From positions 43,402,001 to 43,466,000 of the forward strand of contig NC_045697.1 in NCBI RefSeq assembly GCF_009834535.1: 64,000 bases of DNA. Direction: 5' to 3'. The notes under the pieces were generated by a model that made no database searches, was not told the origin of the DNA, and was given only the letters and a program-made list of their open reading frames with translations. A program made the position numbers and the translations under genes. Source of the DNA: Camelus ferus (lineage: Eukaryota). Of the stretch, positions 53,584-64,000 are shown piece by piece (the first letter of the stretch is position 1; each line of letters starts with the position of its first letter).

Positions 53584-56500
53584 ATGGCAATAAACACACA
53601 TCTATCATTAATTACTGTAAATGTTAATGGACTAAATGCTCCAGTCAAAAGACACAGAGTGGCAGACTGGATAATAAAGCAAGAACCTTCAATATGCTGC
53701 ATACAAGAGACCCACTTTAGGGAGAAGGACACATGTAGATTGAGAGTGAAAGGATGGAAAAGGATATTCCATGCAAATGGAAAAGCCAAAAAAGCAGGTG
53801 TTGCAGTACTGATTTCAGACAAAATAGACTTTAAAACAAAGGCCATAAAGAAAGATAAAGAAGGACATTTTATAATGATTAAAGGAGTGATACAAGATGA
53901 GGATATTACACTCGTTAATATATATGCACCCAATATAGGAGCACCTAAGTACATACAAGAATTACTAACAGAGATAAAGGGGGATATTGATGGGAATACA
54001 ATCATAGTTGGAGATTTTAACACTGCATTAACATCATTAGACAGATCTTCCAGACAGAAAATAAACAAGGCAACAGAGAAATTAAATACTACAATAGAAA
54101 AACTAGATTTGGTGGATATTTTCAGAACATTACACCCCCAAAAAATAGGATATACATTCTTTTCAAGTGCACATGGAACATTTTCCAGGATCGATCATGT
54201 ACTTGGGCACAAAAGAAACCTCAACAATTTTAAGAAGATAGAAATTATCTCAAGCATCTTTACTGACCACAATGCCATGAAACTGGAAATCAACAAAGAG
54301 AAACAAAGGAGAAAAAAAGGAAAGCATGGAGATTAAACAATATGTTATTGAAAAAACAATGGATCAATGAGGAAATCAAAGCTGAAATTAAAAAATACCT
54401 TGAGACAAATGATAGTGAAAGCACAACCACTCAAAACCTATGGGACACAGCAAAGGCAGTGCTAAGAGGGAAGTTTATAGCGATACAGGCCTTCCTCAAA
54501 AAAGAAGAACAATCTCAAATAAACAATTTAACCCACCACCTGAATGAATTAGAAAAAGAAGAACAAAAAGCCCCAAACAGCAGAAGGAAGGAAATAATAA
54601 AGATCAGAGAGGAATTAAATACAATAGAGATTAACAAGACCATAGAAAAAATCAACCAAACCAAAAGCTGGTTTTTTGAAAAAGTAAATAAAATCGACAA
54701 ACCTCTGGCCAAACTCACAAAGAAGAAAAAAGAGAGAGCACAAATTGGCAAAATAAGAAAGGAAAATGGAGAAATTACAACAAACAAAATAGAAATACAG
54801 AATATCATACGAGAATATTATGAAAAACTATATGGAACCAAACTGGACAACCTAGAGGAGATGAACAAGTTTCTGGAAACATACTGTCCACCAAACTGAA
54901 TCAAGAAGAATCTGAACACTTGAACAATCCAATCACTAGAAAGGAAATAGAAATAGCAATTAAAAACCTCCCTGCAAATAAAAGTCCAGGACCGGACGGC
55001 TTCACTGGGGAATTCTACCAAACATACAAAGAAGAACTCATACCAGTCCTTCTCAAACTCTTCCAGACGATTGAAAAGGAGGGAATACTCCCAAACTCAT
55101 TCTATGAAGCCACCATCACCCTGATACCAAAACCAGGCAAAGACACGACAAAAAAAGAGAATTATAGGCCAATATCACTGATGAACATAGACGCCAAAAT
55201 CCTCACCAAAATTTTAGCAAATAGAATCCCACAACACATAAAAAAGATTATACATCATGACCAAGTGGGGTTCATCCCAGGGACACAAGGCTGGTTCAAC
55301 ATACGCAAATCAATCACTGTAATACATCACATCAACAAGAGAAAGGACAAAAACCACATGATCATCTCAATCGATGCAGAAAAAGCATTTGATAAAATTC
55401 AACACCCATTTATGATAAAAACTCTCGCCAAAGTGGGTATACAGGGAACATATCTCAACATAATAAAAGCTATATATGACAAACCTACAGCCAGCATAGT
55501 ACTCAACGGTGAAAAACTCAAAAGCTTCCCACTAAAATCTGGGACAAGACAAGGATGCCCACTATCACCACTCCTATTCAACATAGTCCTGGAAGTCCTA
55601 GCCACAGCAGTCAGGCAAGAGAAAGAAATAAAAGGGATCCAAATTGGAAAAGAAGAGGTAAAAGTGTCATTATATGCTGATGACATGCTACTATATATAG
55701 AAAACCCTAAAAGGTCCACACAAAAGCTACTAGAGCTGATTGAAGAATTCAGCAAGGTAGCAGGTTACAAAATTAACGTTCAAAAATCAGTTGCATTTCT
55801 TTACACTAACGATAAATCAACAGAAGAAGAAAGTAAAGAAACAACCCCCTTTAAAATAGCACCCAAAGTAATAAAATATCTGGGAATAAATATAACCAAG
55901 GAGGTGAAAGAATTATACACAGAAAACTATAAACCATTGATGAAGGAAATCAAAGAAGACTTTAAAAAATGGAAAGATATTCCATGCTCTTGGATTGGAA
56001 GAATCAATATTGTTAAAATGGTCACACTGCCCAAGGCAATCTACAGATTTAATGCAATCCCTATCCAATTACCCAGGACATATTTCACAGAACTAGAAAA
56101 AATCATAATAAAATTCATATGGAACCATCAAAGACCTAGAATTGCCAAAGCTTTACTGAAGAGAAAGAAAGAGGCTGGAGGAATAACTCTCCCAGACTTC
56201 AGACAATACTATAGAGCTACAGTCATCAAGACAGCATGGTATTGGTACCAAAACAGACATATAGACCAATGGAACAGAATAGAGAGCCCAGAAATGAACC
56301 CACAAACTTTTGGTCAACTCATCTTTGACAAAGGAGGCAAGAATATACATTGGAATAAAGACAGTCTCTTCAGCAAATGGTGTTGGGAAAACTGGACAGA
56401 AGCATGTAAAACAATGAAGCTAGAACACTCCCTTACACCATATACAAAAATCAACTCAAAATGGATCAAAGACTTAAACATAAGACAAGATAAAATAAAC

Positions 56501-57364
56501 CTCCTAGAGGAAAACATAGGCAAAACATTATCTGACATACATTTCAAAAATTTTCTCCTAGAAGAAATAAAAGCAAGAATAAACAAATGGGACCTAATGA
56601 AACTTACAAGCTTCTGCACAGCAAAGGAAACCAGAAGAAAACCTATGGAATGGGAGAAAATTTTTGCAAGTGAAACCGACAAAGGCTTGATCTCCAGAAT
56701 ATATAAGCAGCTCATACGACTCAATAAGAAAAAAATAAACAACCCAATCCAAAAATGGGCAGAAGACCTAAACAAGCAATTCTCCAAGGAAGACATACAA
56801 ATGATCAAAAAGCACATGAAAAAATGCTCAATATCACTAATTATCAGAGAAATGCAAATCAAAACTACAATGAGGTATCACCTCACACCAGTCAGAATGG
56901 CCGTCATTCAAAAATCCACAAATGACAAATGCTGGAGAGGCTGTGGAGAAAGGGGAACCCTCCTTCACTGCTGGTGGGAATGCAGTTTGGTGCAGCCACT
57001 GTGGAAAACAGTATGGAGATTCCTCAAAAGACTAGGAATAGCCTTACCATATGACCCAGGAATCCCACTCCTGGGCTTGTATCCAGAAGGAACCCTACTT
57101 CAGGATGACACCTGCACCCCAATGTTCATAGCAGCACTATTTACAATAGCCAAAACATGGAAACAGCCTCAATGTCCATCAACAGGTGACTGGATAAAGA
57201 AGAGGTGGTATATTTATACAATGGAATACTACTCAGCCATAAAAACCGACAACATAATGCCATTTGCAGCAACATGGATGCTCCTGGAGAATGTCATTCT
57301 AAGTGAAGTAAGCCAGAAAGAGAAAGAAAAATACCATATGAGATCACTCATATGTGGAATCTAA
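53584..57364 (+). pseudogene. L1 ORF2p (APE endonuclease, reverse transcriptase, CCHC domain) with two 1-bp frameshifts
   Basis: EN motifs NVNGLN, CIQETH, VGDFN, SRIDH, DHN; RT motifs [32 protein letters not shown] knuckle. Split into three ORF-track pieces by 1-bp losses at ~54295-54298 and 54893-54895. Confidence 0.97.
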
Positions 57365-57699
57365 AAAACAAAAACAAACAAACAAACAAAAACAAAGCGT
57401 AAATAAAGGACAGAAATAGACTCACAGACAGAGAATACAGACTTGTGGTTACCAGGGGGGTGGAGGGTGGGAATGGATAGACTGGGATTTCAAAATTGTA
57501 TAATAGACTACACTGTATAGCACAGGGAAATACACACAAAATGTTATGACAACTCACAGAGAAAAAAATGTGACAATGAGTCTGTATATGTCCATGAATA
57601 ACTGAAAAATTGTGCTGAACACTGGAACTTGACACAACATTGTAAAATGATTATAAATCAATTAAAAAGTTAAAAAAAAAAAGAAAGAATATTGGATTA

Positions 57700-58450
57700 T
57701 CAAGACAACCATTGAGATTATTAGTGTTGGAAGAACTTTGTCAGAAACTTTATGTAAACTTGGTGAGTCCACAAGGGGAACACTGACCATAAAGTCAATG
57801 AAGACAAATAAAAGGATGGGCTACAGTAACAAAGTTTCTAGAAGGTCATCATAAACAGTATTTCAGGTGGAGCAAGTGGTGAACCTCGAAGAACTGAAGT
57901 GTGGCTCCTGCTTTATTTCACAAACGCTATCAGTAGGGCGAACTGTGGTGGTTACATCATATTACCTGGTTATAATACTGGCTGAAGGGAAATTAGCAGG
58001 AAGGTACAGTGCAGGCAAATTCATGATGAAATGTATCCAGAGAACTAGACAGGCTTAGTTCACACATAGGCTATTATAAAAATTACTTAGAGAGAGCACA
58101 TTAGATATTTTTATATTATACACTGCACCCTAGGTACACACTACGTATTTTACATTATAAATTAATGTTCTTATTGGCTAAAATCTGTAATAGGAATGAA
58201 AGTCAATTGAGTAAAACCATAGATTAATGTTGAGATCAGTAAATATGTAAGATACAGAGAATTGAGTCAGCCAAGAAGAGGATTGAGTATTCAAAACTGT
58301 GAAAGCTGTAAGTAATGCCCAAGAGAAATTCGATCAACTTGATCCATGCAATGGAAAGAAATGGACATCAACAGGGATAATGAGTAAGGCTATGTCATGA
58401 GTAAGGCTATGTAGAGAGGGCAATCTTATTGCAAAGAATTCAAGCTTGAG
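57700..58450 (+). mobile_element. Possible CR1/L3 fossil
   Basis: Weak resemblance to CR1 RT-region remnants (CCTGCTTTATTTCACAAACGCTATCAG; CAACAGGGATAA..GTAAGG). Very decayed. Confidence 0.3.
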
Positions 58451-58561
58451 CTCCTTATCGAAACTCACCATCACATATCCCCTATTCCATTGGACAATAC
58501 AACCAAAACAATGACAAAAGAAACCATTTACTAGTCCATTATAGAAACACTGAAGTTACTT

Positions 58562-58877
58562 GTGTGATAGACATAGAGATATGCTGTCCAGATCCCCTTT
58601 AAGGAAGGACTTGCTGACTCTTGTTCAGTTCCTTCCTGGAGCTTTCTGACCAAGGTCAGGGGAGAAAGGACTGCTCATTTCAACCCATCGCAGGATTCTC
58701 AGATGCAAAGTTTACTCCAAAGTTCCTCACAGCTTTGATCACAGTTTTGTTGGACTAGCATTGCAGTTTAACTACTTCCTCTGCCCCATTCTGCTTCCTT
58801 TCCTCTTCTTTCACCATAATAAATATTTTGCACCCCAAACTTCTTAACATCTGCTTCCAGAGAACCCAGTGATGACA
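58562..58877 (+). mobile_element. LTR16-like ERVL solo LTR
   Basis: TG...CAGATCCCCTTTAAGGAAGGAC...CCTCTGCCCCATTCTGCTTCCTT...AATAAA...TCTGCTTCCAGAGAACCCA...GACA. Confidence 0.7.
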
Positions 58878-58964
58878 ATTACCTTTGGAAGGATCTCAGA
58901 GATTCCTAGTCAGACCTTCCACTCAACTGCAATATTTCATAAAGCTTCAAAATATCGCTGCCAA

Positions 58965-59200
58965 AGTCTGGTGTAAGTGGAGAATGCAGGCTTTGCAATC
59001 TCCCACATCCCTGGGTTCTAATCCCACCCCTTACCTCTAACTAGCAATTTAAGCTTAATTCCCCTAAGCTTGGTTTCATTATTTATGAAATGATCATATT
59101 TACTGCAAAGAATGACTGCAGGAAATAAACTTTAAGCAACATCTGTAAAATGCCTAACTCAGTAACTGGAGCATAGCAGGTGTCCAGTAATTGTCAGCCC
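58965..59200 (+). mobile_element. MIR SINE
   Basis: GTGGAGAATGCAGGCTTTG...CCTGGGTTCTAATCCC...TGTAAAATGCCTA. Confidence 0.75.
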
Positions 59201-60215
59201 TACTTCCTTCGAACAATAGAAAAAGAGAAATAAAATTTTTAAAAAGAACAAATAACTTACAAATGGATAAACTTCATTGGAAAACTAGAACTGCCAAAGT
59301 TTAGGGATATTGATTTCTTTCTTGATATGTGTTACACGTTGTTTCCAACATTATGGAGAACACATTTCCTGGATTACAGTTTATAAACCTAGTTAAGTAA
59401 CCTGAGGCAGCAAGAAATTGCAACGGGAGTAAGGGAGAATATTTGAAGTAACCCTTAAAGCAGTTGTAACAAGAAGCACAGCCCCTTGCCTGCACATAGA
59501 CGGAATCTACCCACACTCCTTCATATCTGCATCTTACAATAAGGAGTCTCTAGAGCATTGCTGGTCTAAAATGGGCTGTCCTTACTGCTGTAACTAAGCA
59601 GTAAGAACAGCTGAAGAGAAAGAGGATTATGGTAGGATAAAAGAGGGGACTTGGTAACCATGAGAGTATAATAAAAGGCATCTATTCATGAAATTCAGCA
59701 TCAAAATTTTTTATATCCAAAACTACTTAAAATGCCTTTCATGTAGTTCTCTACATCTTTGACATCAGGACATGTAAACTTTGCCAACTGGATGAAAAAT
59801 ACTGACAGCTAGATGGTTATAATAATATAAACAGAGGTACTAGCTTTCAAAGCGCAAGACTGTTATTTCACAGAACTGGCTGTTTCCTTGGGTACCCAGT
59901 CACCTTGGAAGCCACTCATGGCACAGAGGGAAGCTCCAGGAATAGACTCTTCAGTTACCTCTAGTACAAAACGTTGTTTTAGCCCCACAACTCCTAAGGA
60001 ATGAAGCTAGTGTCAAAGATTTAATGCCTTTTCACATTAGTGATGTCAGCACAAAATGGCCATCTTCTCTGAATAATTTATCTTCCCACCGCATAATTTT
60101 CTTATCTTTTTTTCTACATTTTGGCTTTTTACTGTAGATGGGGAGGTAAATGGCTGTGAGTCCCCGACAAAACCTGTGGAGCATCCTTCCCATCAATCAA
60201 TTAAAAAACACTTAC

Positions 60216-60338
60216 CTTACAGTCAACATGATTTATTTCTTGTTAATACAATTGTCTCACTATATCCTTCTATTATTATACCCTTAATTCCATTAGCCGT
60301 TCGCTTAATGCTTGCTTTAAGGCTGACCCCCAAAGAGC
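60216..60338 (-). other. Candidate cassette exon (123 nt, stops in all three frames)
   Basis: On the minus strand: acceptor CTTCCCTCTCTCTTCCAG|G and donor AAG|GTAAGT, lying in unique non-repeat sequence. Confidence 0.45.
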
Positions 60339-60969
60339 CTGGAAGAGAGAGGGAAGTCTTTCTAATAGTGGCATTGCCAATAAACTCTGGAAGCTCTTCT
60401 CCTAAAGCCTTGTAGGTCACGAAGAGATAGGTCGCAGAATGTATCCTGTCTCAAAAGAATAGAGCGGCCTCTCATTTATTTGTTCTGATGGATACTGCTT
60501 GATGGTTTAAAAATCCTTAAAAGCTCTTATCTTAAAAGTCAACACAATAGGTTCACAAAGCATAATCTTATCCATTGCATAGGGATTGATGAGATGCTAC
60601 CAAGATTTCCTTAAATAAATTTTAAAAAGAGGGAGGGGGAAACCATTTGTATTGTTTGAAGATTAATGGCTTGCTTGTTTAGGGGTGGAGCAAAAGGTTA
60701 ACCTCTTACACAGTTAAGTGACACAAAAACATTGTACTATTATGTGTTATAGCAGTGGAGTTACATGTTTTCTAGCAAATTTTTTCCATTTGGGTCGAAG
60801 CTTGAAAGCTCTAAAAAGAAGCCCTTGTACCGCATTTCTAAAATTATACAGAACAGCTGCAATAATTTTTCTCAGTGAGAACATATGCTCTCTTTGAAAT
60901 TTAATTGTATGAATATCTTCATGCACTACATAAGCACATGTATTTCTATACTGATACATGCTGGATTAG

Positions 60970-61490
60970 GTCATATGTAGCAGGCACTATTGCTTGCCTA
61001 ATAGCTGTTTCCCTCTGCTTCTGTGCAAATAGAAGCCCAGTTTTATTCAGAGGTCCACCTTTCAGAAATAGGGACTCCATCCAAAGCCTTAGGGCAGATC
61101 TGAGACTTCGGATGGGATCAAAACCAGTCCTGGACATTCCATAGACCCTGCTGTCCTCTGATGTGGGGGCAGGCTTCTGGGACACGTTTCCTTGTTTTGA
61201 AAAATAAACATAAACCATGGACATGGTTATGAACTGCCTGTGATGCCTGAAGTTTTGACCATCATCTTGTGGCCCTGGGGAGAGACAGCCAAGAACGAAG
61301 CTCGCATCCTGGGGAGGACAGAGTAGAAAGACAAAAGGTACATTTCTTTGAAAACATAATTTATCCCTGGAATTAATCAAATGGGGCCAACCATACTTTA
61401 ACACTTTTTGTCACATGAAATAATACATATACTCATTGTTTAAGCTAGTTAAGGCATCGTTGTCCATTAACTAGCTCTGGAGGCATCCTT
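60970..61490 (+). mobile_element. Old MLT1-type LTR
   Basis: TGTAGCAG start; AGAAGCCCAGTTTTATTCAG; CTTTTTGTCACATGAAATAATA...TTGTTTAAGC. Confidence 0.6.
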
Positions 61491-61499
61491 ACTATCATA

Positions 61500-64000
61500 T
61501 CTTAGGTGCTTTTCTAAAGCAGTCTTTTCCCGCTTTGCCCTATTCCAAATTAACCTGTGTGAACAACCTCCAGTGCGTCATCTGTGTTTTTCTCCATGTA
61601 CACTTGATCACATACAAGCACGTAGAAATACATATATACGCCTATATGTGTACAGATTCATACACATTGGCACTGTGATTCATAGATTCACCAGCAATGC
61701 ACGAGAGAAACTTCTCCCAGAAGCTCACCAGCACTAGTTTTCACTTTCTAAACTTCTGTCAATTTGATAGGTGCGATATGATGGCTCATTTTTACTCTAA
61801 TTTGTATCTTCCTCTCTGCTAGGAAATTTCAGCATGTTTTCTATGCTTGTTAGCTATTTGCATTTGTTCCTCTATAAATAGTACATCCTTATCTTCTGCC
61901 AATTTGTTGTCACTAGTATGACTTGTCCTTTTACTTGTGAGTTTGAAAGAGATCTTTACATAATATAAATGACAGTTCTTTGCCACCTGTGTTGCAAATA
62001 TTATTATAAAATCAATCCCTTGTCTGTGGGTACCTTTTCTAAACATAAATTTTAAATTGGCAAATTTTCTTTCCTAGCTTCTACGTTTACAGGTAATATT
62101 AAGAATATCGTTTTACCTTACTTTCATGCCTAGCTGTATTGTACATATAAGCCTGTTTTTTACTTTAAAACCTCAGTTTGTTTTAAAATCCTGCCCTGGT
62201 TAAAAATTCATTGAATTAAAAATATTTCAACTCACAGAAGCAAAAACTAGAATGGAGGTGGCCCAAGCTGGAGGCAGGTAGAAATGGGGGGCTATGACTT
62301 AAAGGGTATAGTTTCAGTCAATCAGGATGAAAAATTTCTAGAGATTCACTGCACAAAGATGTCCATATACACTTAAATTTTTCTTAAGAGAGTAAAGTTC
62401 ATGTTATGTGTTTTTTACCACAATAAAAACACATTTTCCCTAATTTTAAGGGGAAAAATAATGATGTGTCTTATTACAATCCAGGAGACACCCAAGTAAT
62501 TTTCACAGAGAGAAAAATAGGCTAATTAAACAGTGAAAACAAGAATACGTAAATAATGTATGTATGTTTTAGACTCTGTTTTTTTCTTTCTTTCCCATTG
62601 TCTTCACCAATTTTTAAACCTTTTACAGAGGTTCACGGTTATCTTGTATTCAAACTGCCAGAAAAGTACCTTTAGATTAACATAAAAGGAAAGCAAGAAC
62701 ATTTCAAAATGTGGACATAGTCAGTGTGCAGAACAGACTGAAAATATGTAGACAATACTGCCTCCTCCCCTTCTCCTCTGATGGGTGTATGCAAGGCAAA
62801 CTATTTTGGGTTCACCCAAACAAGACAGATGGTTCAAATCTATTATTACACATCATCATGCTCTCTCTGACCAAAACTATTGTGTCAGGTAAATGGTGTG
62901 TCTTCGCTTGAAGCCATAATGTTGAAATATCACCTCTTTTAGTCCATTTATTTGTATGTTTTGGGGTGAGAAAGCCATCTGAAAAGTGGTGCAACATTTG
63001 AAGGGCTATTATGGCTAAGTTGTTAACTGAACAGACGCTGTAAGAGGGAACTCTGTATTCCACTAGGTGTTCTTGAAGAGCTTTAATTATTTTATGCTGT
63101 ACATTTATGTCTTTATCAGGAATTTATTTTTATATATGGCATAAGAAAATTCAATTTTATTCGAATTTTATTCTAGTTGAGCTAGCATCATTTATTAAAC
63201 ATCCTATTTCTTCTAGGTAGTAAATATATATTAAGTTTTTATATAGAGTCATATCTAGATCTGTATTCTCAATTCTGTTCCACAAATCTTTTTATCTATT
63301 CCTATGACAAAATCATATCTAACTATTAGAGTGATTTTTTAGTATGTTCTAATATCTATTAATACTCTCCCCCTCACTATTCTTTTATTATATTTTTTAT
63401 TTTTTAATTTTACTTGTCTGTTCTCAGAAATCTATTCTACATAAAATTTTTAATAATTTTATATCCAATTCTCAGACCTTATGGAAAATCTGCTATGATG
63501 TTTAGGGGAGTTGCATTAAATGTATATGTCAATTTTGTGAGAATAAGAAGGTATGACATTAAATTTTCCAACCAAGTACATGAGAAATCTTCCAGTTTGC
63601 TCAGATCTTGTTCTATGGCCTACCATGATATTTTTATAGTCTACTTAAAACAGGTCCTGGCCTTATTTGTTAAATATGTTCCCTGATATTTTATTGTTCT
63701 AGTTACTATTATAAATTAATTTTTGGTTTTAAGTTTTAATTTTTAGATAGAGAAAAACTCGATTTCTGTCAATTTATCTTATACCCAGTCAATTTATAAA
63801 ATTATCCTATTAACCCAATAAGTCATTTTACTAGAGTTCCTTAGACTCTCTGTGTACATCTTTATACTAACAAAAATAGTTAATTCTATCCATTTTTAAT
63901 GTTTACTGCAATTATTTTATTATTCGTCTCTTACTGCATTACGTAAACTCTTCAGGATTGACTTGTGTGAGACTGATTGTCAGCACTAATTTTGCTAATT
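61500..64000 (-). mobile_element. Decayed L1ME-like fragments (-) with an inserted L1MB-like 3' end (+, ~62215-62430)
   Basis: ORF 61819-62046(-) ends EEQMQIANKHRKH (ORF2 remnant). T-rich antisense L1 sequence at 63090-64000. Confidence 0.65.

Larger units (their letters stand above)
50578..57680 (+). mobile_element. Full-length young LINE-1 (~7.1 kb), camelid-type
   Basis: Perfect TSD AAGAAAGAATATTGG at 50563-50577 and 57681-57695, preceded by TT (L1 endonuclease-type TT/AAGA site). Contains GC/CpG-rich 5'UTR, ORF1, ~400-bp spacer, ORF2, 3'UTR and A-tail. Confidence 0.98.

Noticed and set aside
58380..58412. 17-bp tandem duplication ATGAGTAAGGCTATGT(C)
   Set aside because: Ordinary micro-duplication within decayed sequence.

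Overview
Mammalian, repeat-rich non-coding DNA, most likely camelid: it carries Vic-1-like tRNA-derived SINEs and an artiodactyl-type L1 3'UTR. I recognise no host protein-coding exon. The main features are a full-length young LINE-1 (50578-57680, perfect 15-bp TSD, CpG-rich 5'UTR, ORF1 and ORF2 broken only by three 1-bp indels) and a ~99% identical 5'-truncated sister copy (36532-39502, 16-bp TSD) nested in an older L1. There are further L1 3' ends with TSDs and many ancient repeats (MIR, L2, MLT1, LTR16-like, MER20, MER5, MER58, Tigger3, hAT-Charlie). Several repeat-free, homeodomain/SOX-motif-rich blocks (~28.8-29.5, 30.5-31.4, 60.0-60.35 kb) look like conserved enhancers. The last one contains a well-formed 123-nt minus-strand candidate exon with stops in all three frames. 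The L1 strand bias suggests an intron of a minus-strand gene. I found no clearly novel biological system. The best leads are the L1 architecture (antisense 5'UTR ORF, inter-ORF ORF overlapping the ORF2 start, shared ORF2 deletions) and the candidate poison exon. Repeat subfamily names come from recall of consensus sequences, and ancient-repeat boundaries are approximate.
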